NCBI GenBank assembly: GCA_951406725.2
Contig: OX597826.1
Coordinates: 12,524,001 to 12,588,000, forward strand
DNA length: 64,000 nucleotides
From: Octopus vulgaris
Lineage: Eukaryota
Direction of reading: 5' to 3'
The notes beneath the pieces are model-generated. The model ran no database searches. It was not told the DNA's origin and worked only from the letters and a program-made list of their open reading frames with translations. The translations under genes were made by a program, and so were the position numbers. This document shows positions 49,948 to 64,000 of this stretch, piece after piece (the first letter of the stretch is position 1; every line of letters starts with the position of its first letter).

Positions 49948-52900
49948 TGTGTGTCTAAATATGTTCTATTACATAAGAAGCGATGCTCTCATTCAAGTGC
50001 TCAATGCATCGCATTATACAGAGTTGCTTGATTTATACATACATACTTACATACATACACAAATACGTACATAGACGCACATGCATACATGCGCATATGC
50101 ATTCCCGTGGATACACACATAAACATAATGTGTGTGTGTGTGTAGTCAGTGACATAACAGCTTTGTGATCAACCTTGTCTGAAATGTCCCTATTAATATA
50201 GCTTTTGTGACTCGGACATGTCTTCTGGCTTTTTTTAAGTTTTAACTCAATATTTTGTTGAGAATGCTGTTTTGACCTAATTCAAAATGGGCTCCATATG
50301 TGACTATTCCGGCTTTTGTTTGATCATGTATCTCTCTTACATGGTAATTCCACCTTTATTTAGTTGGCAATTCCTCCTTTATTGAAAAGACAGGTGTAAA
50401 TTGAGGGTTATTTCGATGATAATTCTACTAAATCGAGTGATGACGCAGGAGACTCACTCGTTAGTTTCTGACCTCGTAAGTTACACCTAATTAAATCAAC
50501 AACTTAGATTGTCGTGGTTTTCAGTTTTAATTTCCGTGTTCTATTTTATTACCATCGCTAGTTTGTGATTGGAAATAATGCATTTTATAACCTACTGCAC
50601 AGGTTTCATATTCGAGTAACCTTTTATTCTTCTCTGACTCAATGTGATCTTTTTTCTTTCTCTTCATGCAAAATTTACACTATGTAGTTTATTTATTAGC
50701 TTCATCCATTACATTTAAAATTTTATTTTATTTTAAATTTCATGTACTGTATTATTTGAATACATTTTATAACCTAGTGTTTCTGTTTTTCAGTAGCATT
50801 CCTTTGTTCTGTGCTTCATTTATGCAAGTTATTTTAAAGGTCATTCTGGAAAAGGGTTTTATAACTGAAGGGGCGTGGAACAAAGACCTGTCGGCAATCA
50901 TGACTGTTATTCATACAAGTAATCAAGAAAAACTATCGTGTTTTGAAGCGTGTGGCATTCATTAGGATTTAGAACAAGCTTTCAGCGGCTTATACTGAAA
51001 CATTCGATGCAAAGTCATCTCATCTTACATGAGCTAGACAATGCCAACATCAAAACCGATGTGATTATAAATACATTATCATTCCTTGCCTTACCTGAGC
51101 TCGATTATGTGCTGAGTAAATCCATCATTGGTTGTGAGAAGGAGGTCTGGCTCATTTTGGGCACCAGAAAAAAATCATCGTGTGCCAGATGTTACAAATG
51201 CTGAACTTGACACTCAATATCTCGCTCGTGATAAGTAATGATTTTAAACACAATAGATCTTTAAAGAGAACTCCAATGGACGAAGTAACACAGTTTTACA
51301 GCCTTTCCTAAAGCACATACAGAAAGCACGTTATATTGACAATGTTTGCATTATTCAGCTCCTTCAAACACAAACTTTTAATTTTATTTTCGTTGTGCAA
51401 CCCATTTCCACATAAGCAAACAGTATTTTATGCTATTGTGTAAACACCTCTACCAGACCAAGATAGGTGGTTTCGGAGGTGGAGGAGTAGCATTGAGAGC
51501 GGGAAATGAAAGTAAAATATTGATATCTATCACTGTCTTTCACTTCTGGAGCGATTTCATTTCGCCTAAGTGTGAGATATGCAATACTTATAAAAAATAA
51601 TACGTTTTTAAACGGGTCTCGCCTGAATAAAGTATATCAACTTTTCTATCTTTACTAAGGCACAGACATTGTCTATGTGTATGTATATGTATGTATGTAT
51701 GTATGTTTGTATGTATGTATTATATATGCATGCATAGTTTCCATTACATTTTTATTCTTTTACTCATTTCAGTCACTTGACTGCGGCCATGTTGGAGCAC
51801 CGCCTTAAGGTATTTACGCTGTTATTGTTTCTTTATTGTTTCATTTTGAGCTAAGGATTCTACTGGCTAAACATGGAATTCTTTAACTTACTGTATTTAA
51901 AAATGAACAACGATATTTCCCAAGCTTCTTTTATTTTACTTTGTTATTGACCTATTCTTTCGTATTTGTCATGTGAACAAAATACTAGAAGAATAGTTGA
52001 AGGAAATCTTTCATGAGATAAGTATTACGCAGAAACGCATTCAAATAAAAAACCCACGCGTATGAACGATTGTGTCTCCGGTGATTTCCTGACTTATTAG
52101 AAATATCAGCAAAATCTCTTTCGAATCTTCCTGTATTGTCTTGTATGAGCAAAGTTGGAATAGGTGGTCTAATCTTGGGCAGCATTATGACAGAAAAATA
52201 AAAAAAAAACACAACATGGTCATCGGTGGAATATCATTAATCACAAATCTGTTCGAACAGGGCTGAGGTATAGAAAAACTAAATAAATACAAAGAATTCC
52301 TACAGCAGTAACAACAATAACAACTTCAACAGCAAAGATGTACTTAACCCCACAACAAGGCTATGTGCTGATTGCTAAAAGAATTATACAACCTATACAG
52401 TTTGAATTCATTTAAACATGACCTTGTACCTAATTCAGAAAAAAATATCAATATTTTCTACTTCCTAAAAACATTTATTGCAGTGTTTACAATACAGTAT
52501 TTTTTCGGCATATATATTTATCTCATCAAGTAATATCACGACTCACTTCGCCGCAATTAAAGCAAAGCTTTTTAAAAACTTGATTTGTTTCGTAAACATT
52601 AAAGTTATCTCAATTGATATGTTGAAGCGATTTCACAGTAGTGTAATTTTTATGGATTTTCATCGTTTGTTTTGCTTTGATTGAAGCATAAAAAAGCGAT
52701 AATTTTTTTTTTACGTCAGTGAAATATTTAAAGCGAAAAAAAACATAGAAACATTTTTTTTCTTTTCAGTTATCTGGTCGCATGATATAGAATATTAAAA
52801 ATAGTAACGTATTAAATATATTAGAAAACATTAGCATTTAATGAGGACAAACCAATGTGTGTTGTGATACTTAACCAGGGTACCTTAAATGGTGTGTTAC

Positions 52901-53354
52901 TAACTCGCCAGACAAGTGTTTACTTAACTATCTTCCATTTTATCCGAACTCCAATAGTTGCAATTATTACAGAACCAACTACCATGCCAGGAATTTTACC
53001 TCGACTAGACACCAAACTATCAGGAGCAATATAGCAACACTACAAACTAAACAACTGTATCAAAATAATAGCTTTCCTAAATATATATTTTCAGTTCGTG
53101 AAAATTTATATTCATCGAGATGTGATCAAATAATAATCCTGTTTCATTTTGACACAATGACAGCAATTTCTAGTGGGAAAGATTAGTCGGTAGCACTGGC
53201 ATTAGCGCTTCACTGGTACTTTCTTGGGGAGGATGAAACAAAAAGGCATGCTCAGCGGGATTTGAACTCAAATTCTGATGACTCGAGACCAATATAGCAA
53301 ATCAGTTTTGCCATTTCTGTAACAAGTCTGCTAATTCATCGAGCAAAAGAAATA

Positions 53355-53763
53355 CTCTCTTTACTCTTTACTCTTTTACTTGTTTCAGTCATTTGACTGC
53401 GGCCATGCTGGAGCACCGCCTTTAATCGAGCAACTCGACCCCGGGACTTATTCTTTGTAAGCCCAGTACTTATTCAATCGGTCTCTTTTGCCGAACCGCT
53501 AAGTGACGGGGATATAAACACACCAGCATCGGTTGTCAAGCAATGCTAGGGGGACAAACACAGACACACAAACACTCACGCATACATATACACATATATA
53601 CGACGGGCTTCTTTCAGTTTCCGTCTACCAAATCCACTCACAAGGCTCTGGTCGGCCCGAGGCTATAGTAGAAGACACTTGCCCAAAGTGCCACGCAGTG
53701 GGACAGAACCCGGAACCATGTGGTTGGTAAACAATCTACTTACCACGCAGCCACCCCTGCGCC
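53355..53763 (-). mobile_element. SINE family B, full length, same subfamily as 28367
   Basis: Shares diagnostic tttaatcgagcaactcgacc, agcccagtact and caatgctagggggac. Confidence 0.92.
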
Positions 53764-53814
53764 TATGCAATCATAACTCTTTTTACTATATATGTTTGAA
53801 GTTTCTTTTGGTAG

Positions 53815-53990
53815 AAGGTCAAGCGATTACATGGAACCCAGTCCTCATCTGCTACTTATTTTATCGACCTCCGAAACGATAAAAGCAAAGCCAACCTCAG
53901 AAGAATTCAAACTCAAATCGTAAATAACGAAGGAAGTGTCGCTATGGATTTTGTCCGGCATGCTGCCGATTCTGCCAGCTCGTCGCCTTC
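53815..53990 (-). mobile_element. Old SINE family A copy
   Basis: cgattacat..cccagt..tacttattttatcgacc..gccagctcgtcgcc. Confidence 0.65.
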
Positions 53991-55504
53991 GATGAAGTAA
54001 AGATAACGACAATAGGCCAAACAAATATAACTAAAACATTACTGTATCTATATGACTCATTGTTTACGATGTTATCGAATGTTTTACTGCGCAGTTGGTG
54101 CGAGAAATACAAAGTTTTGTTTGTGAAGAACGACAGGGCAGAAAAATAACATACATTATCATTTTAGTGAATGATACTTTTTATTCTCCGAGATTCATAA
54201 TTATAGCTATAGCAATGCGATTATATTGTGACTATAATACGACTGTCACATAAATGAATGACCCAGGAAAATTTCCCTGAGTTGCCTTCTGCATGAAAAC
54301 CTTTCAGCTAAGTAGAATTAACATACTTAATGTAGTTAGTAAGCCTTCTAAAAATATTTTTAATTAATTAAAGTTACACCCGTATTTAAGGATACAAGTA
54401 TTAACTTTAGAGATAATTGATGTCAAGAAAAGCAAGGGGGTTAACTCTAAAATTCAATTTAATTCAATGTGTGCATGGCGTTTGGTGGGAACGAGTCTGA
54501 TCTTTGGCAAGTAGGGTTAATAACTTCGGATAATTAACGTCTTATTAGAATCTTATTATTTTTATGTGAAAGCTATTCTAACCTGTACGAAACCATACCT
54601 ATGAGGAAACGAAAAATCCCAGCTCTTATCCTGAAAAGGAGAAAATCCATACGGATTTCATGCAACTGGGCGAGAAACAATATTTCCGAGAATTCTAGTC
54701 TATTAAATGACACTAATTACTATTTTATCGAGGGATCTAATTTTCTGCTCGAATTCCAAAAGTCAAGTTAACTATGACAATATTTTAATTAAAATCAGTA
54801 ATTTGACAAATTGTATATATAATTGATTCAATTGGATGCTTTATCACTATCGTCATGAATCAAGAAAAATAATTCCGAATAAAATCAAGTGAAATATTGA
54901 AAGTCTATAATCTCAACGCTTACATATTAAATATTGTTATATTTATGAATATTATTTGAGGACATCATTCCATTGAAGTTTTTCCAAATCACTAAGGTTT
55001 AATGCCCACACACACACACACACACACACACGAGCGCGCGCGCGCATACCATTTCACGGACAATATATTCACGTCTTTGTTTACATGTGGGATTCGTTAA
55101 CTCATGAGATAAAGAATTTTGGACCCAACTGATACTTTGAACATACTACACTTGAGACACGAGTAGAACACATAGCTTAATTTAGCAGTCATCATCGCAC
55201 CTACTCTTATCAATACAGCATTGTATCATTATTATTCATGATTAAAAAAAACATAGGTAGTAATAGCTTGTACTTGTAAAACACTGAGTTTCCATTTAGA
55301 AGCAATTTTCAAACTACGAAAAGCATTGCCGTGAATTAGCATTTATGAGATTTGAAGATATCAAATACTGCTAATAACAAACTGACGAAATATTTCTGTT
55401 AATGTTGTTAAAAAGTATTTCAAATACACCAATGAAAATCTTTTATCGCTAAATTTAATAACAGTAGGCGTTTACCTCCACTTACGTAATTTTTTCCCAT
55501 ATTT

Positions 55505-55828
55505 TTTACTTGCTTCAGTCATTTGACTACGGCAATGCTGGGGGCGCCGCCTTGAAGAAGTTGAATGAATCGACCCAGCGACTTACTATATATCTTGGTT
55601 TATTTGTATCTTAGTTTATATATGAACCAAACCATCATAAATACTTATGTTTAGATAAAAAGAAATCTTTATCTTCCTATATTTAGTTATCAAAATGTAC
55701 TAAACTGATCAATGTTTTGCATGCTGTACGGCTCAAGTCTCTTCGAAGTTACAGGATCGTAACGGCCCTAAACGCTAGTTATCAAGCAGTGGTGGGGGAC
55801 AAACACAGACACAAAGACACACACGTAG

Positions 55829-55830
<2 letters not shown>
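55505..55830 (-). mobile_element. SINE family B 3' half interrupted by a 149-bp non-SINE insertion
   Basis: SINE tail at 55505-55585, insertion at 55589-55737, SINE resumes near 55778 (gttatcaagcagtggtgggggacaaacacag). Confidence 0.75.
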
Positions 55831-55866
<36 letters not shown>

Positions 55867-55967
55867 GTATATGTATACATATATGTATATATGCATGTAT
55901 ACGTATATATATACATATGTCTATACATATATATGTATACATATATGTGTGTGTGTCTTTGCATATA

Positions 55968-56412
55968 TTCTTTTATTCTTTTACTTGTTTCAGTCATTTG
56001 ACGGCAGCCATGATGGAGCACCGCCTTGAAGGGTTTTAGCCGAACAAATAGGCCCCAGGACTTATTTCTTAAGCTTAGAACGTATTCTATCGGTCTATTT
56101 AGCTGAATCGTTGTGTTACGGTGACGTAAACACACCAACATCGGTTGTCAAGTGATGATGGCGTGGTGGTGCAAAAACATGCACAAAAACAAACACACAT
56201 AGATATATACATATCCATGTGTTTGGGAAGCAAGCGTCTTACCACACAGCCACGCACAACGGGCTTTTTCCTGTTTCTATCTGCCAAATCCACTCACAAG
56301 GCTTTGGCCGGTCCAAGGCTATAGTAGAAGACACTTGCCCAAGGTGCCACAGAGTGGGACTGAACAGGGAAACATATGGTTAGGGAGTAAGCTTTTTACC
56401 ACTCAACCACGC
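55968..56412 (-). mobile_element. SINE family B, with an extra head fragment at its centre
   Basis: Tail ttacttgtttcagtcatttga..., extra cttaccacacagccac near 56238, head ends in ttaccactcaaccacgc. Confidence 0.8.
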
Positions 56413-57799
56413 AGATTTTATTAACATTCATCATCCATTCTCTTTCTGATGAACGTCACGCAGTTATAGTTTTGACAAGATATTTCTGTATGGCCATTAA
56501 ATTCTCAAGAAATATCATGCCTTGGTTAATCTTTTCGCAAGACGAAATTAAGTGCCTCAAATCTAGTGGTCTACGAAACCTTATCGTATTTACAACCCAA
56601 TGGATTTTGAATAGGCAAACAATATTTATACAACTACATAAGGGAAATCTGGTTGCCAGTCAGAACGTAATGAGGTATATTAACTATATGGCAGTCAGAT
56701 GAATTTCGTTTACATTTATGAGGATATAAGTTCAATTCTGCTGCATACAGCTTGGTATGTCTTTGAGAGGAAAGTTTAACTACATGTCTTAATTCCCTAT
56801 AAAGAAGGCAAATACATACTAGAATATTCTACCGGTAACTGGTTGATGTTCTACTTTTTGCAGAGGTTTTATCGCTCATCTGCTTAATGCCATCAAACTT
56901 GATGTGCTCACTCCACTCATGACTTCCCTGTGGACTATAACATATTTGCCATGCCATCATTTGTTATAGATAGATTTTTCTTATTTATGACTTAAATATA
57001 AAATATTATATCTTGGTTTATTTGTATCTTAGTTTATATATGAACCAAACCATCGTCAATACTTATTATATTTAGATAAAAAAAAAATTCCTTAATCTCT
57101 GGTCATCAAAACGTACTAAACTGATCAATATATTGTATGCTGTACGGCTCAAGAACAGACCATGTAATATAACGATATACAACTATTTCTCTTATTGATT
57201 TTCTGGAGAAGACCAAGATACAAAGAGAGATATAGTGTTAACAAAAGATTACTGCTCCGACAAGTGTGAATGCATTTAATTATATTTGATCAAATACAGT
57301 GAGTTATAGAGGTCAATTTATTAAATTCTGTGAGGAAATCACAGCTGGTCCATTTTCTAATTTTCCCTTGAGATTTCATTGAATCTTTTACAAAATGCAT
57401 GTCATATGTTAAAGCGAAAATAACTGAAATTCCAATACATTGTCTTTCAAACTGTAAAATGTTTAAAAAGCATGATGTACATAGAAGAAAGCACTTGCTC
57501 GTAGTACATTCAAGCATCCACACGCTCGCAGATAAACATATGCATATTTTAAATAATATATTTACTCACATTTACTATATGCGTGTGTGTGTGTGTGTGT
57601 GTGTACTGTAACTGGATATGCATATGTTAAATACAATGAAATATCTTTATACAGTCTTAAAGAAATTGAATCAAGTCTCGTGTTAACTACATTTACGAAC
57701 CTCTTGGAAATATCATCTTAATCCATTCATTCATCAGATATTTTTAGATGTGTCTGCTCTCAAATGTGTTCTGTAAAGAATATCGGGTGTGTAATGTAT

Positions 57800-57998
57800 T
57801 ATTTCTTTACTACCCACAAGGGGCTAAACACAGAGGGGACAAACAAGGACAGACAAAGGGATTAAGTCGATTACATCGACCCCGAAAGGATGAAAGGCAA
57901 AGTCGACCTCAGCAGAATTTGAAATCAGAACGTAACGACAGATGAAATACTGCTAAGCAATTCGCCCGGCGTGCTAACGTTTCTGCCAGCTCGCCGCC
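57800..57998 (-). mobile_element. SINE family A with a 32-bp internal deletion
   Basis: The segment between the two atcgacccc repeats present in 7433-7666 is missing. Confidence 0.88.
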
Positions 57999-58628
57999 TG
58001 TACGGTATTATACATCTGCCGGTTTGTTATCAGTGTTATGCGACTTAGATTTTATATTTGCGTGTGGCAGTTATGCATGTGGTGCTCTTAACTATTATGA
58101 TGTGCCATTCAGTAGGTATTCCAGGTAATAATCGCACGATGTTGTGCTGACTAAAAAAGTACCTTCAAAAATTAATTGTACCTTGTGACAACTTTTGAAG
58201 TTCATCAAGGCACGAGATTTCACTCTTGCTTCGATATGAGACTTTTTAAACGTTTGGATATATGGGCCGTTTCAGTCTAACACCTTGCATTACATGCCAT
58301 GCTCAGGGTTATGCAGCTTCAGTCTGTCTGTTATCCTACTTAGTTGCATCCCTCCCATCAATGTACCTGAAGACCTGTTTTCGTGACGTCATGTTGCTTT
58401 CACTTACCTTCAAACATACCAATGCAGTAACGCCGCTCAGGTGTCTTCAAGTAGCACGTGACTTTTAGCATAAAATTTCCTTCATGTTTCAATCGTTTAT
58501 CATTTGTTTATATTTCTTCTCACATTGTCACTAGATTACGATGGTAACCAATAATCTCAGTGAGTAATTTTAATCAAGATTTGAAATTTCTAAATATCTC
58601 AGAGTGATATGAGCGGTGGTGGAACGAT

Positions 58629-58869
58629 AGAGCGGTTGTATACTGTCAACTTAGCGTGACAGTTCCGTAAAGGGAATCACACCACCGCTATGCATGTTTC
58701 TGGATGCAGGCCTAGCTGTTAGGGGTGCTTGTCTCCCCTTCGTAAACATAAGGACACAGGAAATGTGTCAAAGCCGACAGGAAGTGTCGATGCTTCCTAG
58801 GGCTAAATAGCGGTGGTGTGATTCCCTTTATGGGACTTTCACGCTAAGTTGACAGTATACAACCGCTCT
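58629..58869. mobile_element. 241-bp MITE or fold-back element with 63-bp inverted repeats
   Basis: 58629-58691 versus 58807-58869, 3 mismatches; no obvious TSD. Confidence 0.8.
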
Positions 58870-59528
58870 TCATTTCAATCAAGGTTACGTGATTAAAATC
58901 CTCCACGGATTTGCATATATGCAAGCTTCATAAATTAAAAAAAAAAACTAGCCGCCTATGAAACAGTAACGAAAAACAAATAGCTCATGCAGATTTAGCA
59001 TTAAATAAACATTATTCCTCTGTACGGAACAGTATTCACTATTATGGCTTAACTGAAACGCACACATAGGAGAAACAACCCTCCTCCATGTATGTATATG
59101 CATTTGCAGTGAAATGAAATGTCTTGGCAAAATAAAGCCTTCTTCATACTGAAGACGAAAAAGAAAACTTCGAAATCTCATCCAAATTTTGGCCCATTGA
59201 TACTTTCAAAATGAATTTTGTATCGTTCATAAAATTATCTTAGCAACAGCAAGCACTGACAAAGTGGTTTACGAATTTTGATATGTACCGTAACTTTTTT
59301 TTTCCTGAAATTTACGTTTACATTTTACCACGATAAAACAGCAAGCAGTTGATTTTAGATACTATTTCAGAAAATTATGACTCAATAAAAACAAGGTATA
59401 TAAAAACATGGTATATAATTTTAAGTTACTTATTTCATAAAATGGCCTTTCATCAAATTTTTTTCCAGTTATAAATTTAAAATAAATTATATTTGTAAAG
59501 CAATTCCGTAATGCTGTCAGCAAATATG

Positions 59529-59830
59529 TTTGTTCCTTCTCGAGCCATGCTTGGCTCATAAGGGCCGGTTTCCCGGTTTCCTTGGCATATAGGTTCCCCA
59601 CCTGGACGGGACGCCGGTCCGTCGCAGGTGAGCTGCAAGATGCAGGAGGAAAGAGTGAGAGAAAGTTGTGGCGAAAGAGTCAGCAGAAGTTCGCCATTAC
59701 CTTCTGCCGGAGCCGCGTGGAGCTTAGGTGTTTTGCTCATTAACACACACATCACCTGGTCTGAGATTCGAACCCGCGATCCCTCGACCACGAGTCCGCT
59801 GCTCGAACCACTAGACCATGTGCCTCCACA
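59529..59830 (-). mobile_element. SINE family E, full length
   Basis: Perfect 13-bp TSD gtcagcaaatatg (59516-59528 / 59831-59843); homologous to 14771-15076. Confidence 0.93.
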
Positions 59831-61061
59831 GTCAGCAAATATGCTCTTGGGTGGGTAAAATTTAACTCCAAAGGTTAAATCTATTGCAGTTAAATTTGTG
59901 TCAAACTCAGGACTAAATCGGCTGACTGTGGAAGAGTCGAGTTATTCGTTTGTAAGGAAAGGAAGTGACACTTAGTTAATTACCTAATGCACTGAGACAA
60001 CAAGGAAATTACTTCAATTAGCATAATCCGAAGTATATGAATGGCTTATTGTCGTTATTGACTTCCGGAATATAATACAATAACTTTTCCGGTTTTCCAA
60101 TGCATATTACATTAATTATTTACGAAATACCTATAACAAATTGAAAGAGCTTTAAAGACTTGGTTTTTAAGGAACTTACAACTTCATGTCATATATTTAT
60201 TCCAAATAATTGTGCGATGAAACCTTGGAAGTTTTAAGGACTTAAGTGATATTTTGACATGAATTCTTGTCAGATTTATGTTGGCGCACACACAAACACG
60301 CACATGCACACAGATATACACCCATATACGTACACACAGAGATACACTCACACATGTTCACACACATGCACACACACATACATATATATTTAGAATTTTT
60401 GTATAACGCTATTTCCTTCTACGTAATGTCTATTGTAAATAGCTTGACACAAGCAATAGAGACAAGTAAAGGAAATACTCACATAATGAGAAAAGAAGAA
60501 AGCAAAAGAAATCATTTTAAATGAAAAGAAACTGTTTCTTTTTAAAAAAGCTCGTTCGTGTTCTGCCTTCAGCAACCACACAAATTCCGTATTTATTCAG
60601 ATTAAAGGTAAATTTTGTCTAGTTTATCTGTGAGGTAAAATTCACCTTTAATCTTCTCGGGGTTCATAAAGAAAAGTTTTAATACAAGGCGGTGTTTTAA
60701 CAGAACTATGTCCGATCAAAGGCTTCACGATATATATTTAGGCGTTTTTTATTCTGAGTTGAAAATGGCCTACATCAGTGGTATAATCAGTCTTCGCACG
60801 GTTTAACACCAACATCTGACACCTTTGTGACTTTAGCGGAGTGTACAGTGTTGAAGGCATTCAGTTCAGGTTTCCGATTTGAGGATATCATTCTCCCTCT
60901 TTGTCACCAGTCTTGGAGGCCCTGAAACTGATCGTAGAAACGTTTTTATCGTGACAAGAGGAAAAAAAAAGGGTAAAAACTTCTACAGTTACCACCAGAA
61001 ATAATATAAGAATTCCAAGATAAAGTTGTACAAAGGACAGAAATGAAATGAGCTTGACAGA

Positions 61062-61275
<214 letters not shown>

Positions 61276-61342
61276 CAATGTCTGATTGAAAGAAAAATAT
61301 ATCTTAGACTATAATCGAACAAGAAAGAGCGACTCAACAGCT

Positions 61343-61380
<38 letters not shown>

Positions 61381-61877
61381 AAGAGAAGAAAATAACTGAT
61401 CGAAAGGAGAAGTAAGCAAGCGAAAATAGAAGATATGCACACTGTGGACTATAAAAATAAGTTGTCAACAATTGACATTTATATATCGTTAGATACAGTG
61501 ATCGGAAGTATTAATGTCAGTTCGGAGACGCATGATGCCGATTCTGATAACTTAAAAATAATACATTATAAACAAATATAGCCATACATTTATCTATATC
61601 AATGCGCCCGCGCGCGTGTGCTGCGTGCGTGCGTGTATGTGAGTGTGTGAGTTAGACATATTTGTTGACTACGCCACATTCCGACCGACCTGAAAGTAGG
61701 CATAATGGCCCTAAGTGCCCGATAAATAATAAGCAATAAGTTAAGTTATTTACAATTATAGCATTAGTCTGCATTACAGAAATTGAAAAAATCACCGTAA
61801 GCAGGCATATGTGAATATTTGTGTGTGTGTGTGTGTGCCTGTGTATACATACATACATGCATACATGCATACATACT

Positions 61878-61958
<81 letters not shown>

Positions 61959-62066
61959 TAAATATACACTCACATACATTTATATATGCACTTACCATTA
62001 TCAGTTCTCTTCATGTTTAATTTGGAATAATACCACTTATAATTCCATTAAAGCATTAGATATATA

Positions 62067-62126
<60 letters not shown>

Positions 62127-62331
62127 TGCTCAGGCTAACTTACAACGTAAAACACGCACACACACACACACGCATACACACACACACACACTCCCATGCA
62201 CAAATATATATATTCATATTTGTAACTCCTACTAAATGGTATGGTTGAGTGTCTCTTTTTTCCTTTGCCCTACATATATTTACATACATATATACATACA
62301 TATACATATATATATATGTATTTGTATATGT

Positions 62332-62404
<73 letters not shown>

Positions 62405-62886
62405 GGATATATTTCAACATGCAATTACGCATATGCAGGCACTCAGACGCACTGATGAAAGATATGTTTTGTAATTAGTTAATAATTGGCTGCTTTTACT
62501 TCATGCCTTGACGGAACTAAAACTTGAAACTGGGTGCACACAACCAAATAATATTATAACATGGTGCCTCAGTTACCAGAAGTGATCTCTTACTATGCAA
62601 AACGTATTTGCTAAACTATAATAGTGCACCGAATAGAAATACAAGCAAATAGCAAAAGATTGAAGTCGGTGCAGAACAGAATAATGAAAAGAATAAAAGG
62701 AATAAAGAAAATACACTGTTGCACGAACATTATAAATAACTTTCAATAAATGCCATTTTATCTTACGAAGGTAAGTAACATGTCTGTCAATTGATAAGAA
62801 ACCATTTCCCCTGTCACAGGACAGGAAATCTCCTGTCATACCCACTAAAGAATACAGAGATGTGCTCTGATTTGACAGCTTCTAAC

Positions 62887-62956
<70 letters not shown>

Positions 62957-64000
62957 ATGTATGTATATATATGTATGTATTTATATGTATATGTATGTAT
63001 ATATATATCTGTATCTATGTATATATTCACTATAGCACAAGGTCGATTTTGTTGTCGGAGGGGTACAGTCAATTCAATCAATTGAGTTATGCTACTTGTA
63101 TTTATCTTGTCAATTACTGGAGGCTGAACAACAAAGCGGTTTCAGCCTAGAGGTCGGAAACTAAGCATATAATCCAGCGTTTCACCATTTCTCTCAACTT
63201 ACAGACCTATTCATATAATCGTATCTTATATACCATTTAAACCTTTAGTAGTATTTTGCACTAAAATCCAATGAAATCGATAAATGGCCACTAGCCAAAA
63301 CGTTCAACAGATTCCGCTATCTACTCTATTACTGAAATGCCATTTCTACTATCCAGGAATAAATTTGTGATTAGAACCAAAATTGTTATATCATGGATAC
63401 CGAGAGATTCTTAAAAAGATAACTCTTCCGTTATAAAAATCTTAGCATAAGAGCTGCAGAAGTTTCGTATTAATTTGCAATTAAGTGATATGTCAACGAC
63501 CCGTCAACGTTAGTCTCACTGGAGAATCATCATCAACACGAACACATCAGAAACGTTTTAACAACCTGTTTCCTTTCAGTTCACCGCACCAAATATTTTC
63601 TATACGAAATAGTTTTGAATAGATTTCTGTCTTAACTTACCCTTTCATACATTCACCTTGTTAAGGAATAATTTAGAAATTTTCTTCATTCTTTATACCG
63701 AAGATCTGAACTTTAAAATATGAATATTTTACAATTGTTAAAGTGTACTCGTAACTGAACAATGCATTTACAAAGATTATCACTTTATCTATTTTTCATT
63801 CTGCTGTTTGACTCCACACATAAGCAAATACAACAAATTATATTAAATTCCTGTAGTTTTCCATTTTTATTTCACTACTACTGTCGCTGCTATAATGTGA
63901 ATGTAAACAAAATGCTTTCCAATATATGATGCTAGATGATTTATTTGATGTAAAATTAGAAAGAAAATTATTACCCATCTCAAATTCAAGAATCCAAAAG

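Noticed and set aside
50860-51290. Coding-looking segment (ORF 50950-51204)
   Set aside because: No recognisable motif or splice structure; it may be a decayed TE but cannot be assigned.
59149-59185. CTGAAGA...TTCGAAA hammerhead-like match
   Set aside because: No stem I or stem III pairing.

Overview
AT-rich, non-genic-looking eukaryotic DNA (large intron or intergenic). The repeat landscape strongly suggests an octopus or other coleoid cephalopod; this is inferred from the SINE sequences and the extreme TA/CA/TATG/TATC/TAA microsatellite load. No intact protein-coding gene can be supported, and nearly all ORFs in the track are microsatellite or SINE read-throughs. The window holds more than 30 copies of several modular tRNA-type SINE families (labelled A-F here, my own labels), decayed LINE fragments (two R4/Dong-like RLE elements, three RTE-clade 3' pieces, one CR1-like 3' end) and Penelope-like tails. 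The most notable observations are: (1) three copies of a ~420-bp element with 29-30-bp TIRs, an internal (TTAGGG)n tract and flanking duplications of 5, 8 and 24 bp; (2) three minimal hammerhead-ribozyme-like motifs, two in fold-back structures, one of them a 130-bp loopless palindrome; (3) a 120-nt pseudoknot/hairpin element found twice inside (TA)n; (4) two local templated insertions into SINEs, one an inverted copy of a head-to-head SINE junction with symmetric ends; (5) RTE fragments interrupting both R4-like elements between the zinc knuckle and the RLE. All assignments are by eye, with no database searches.
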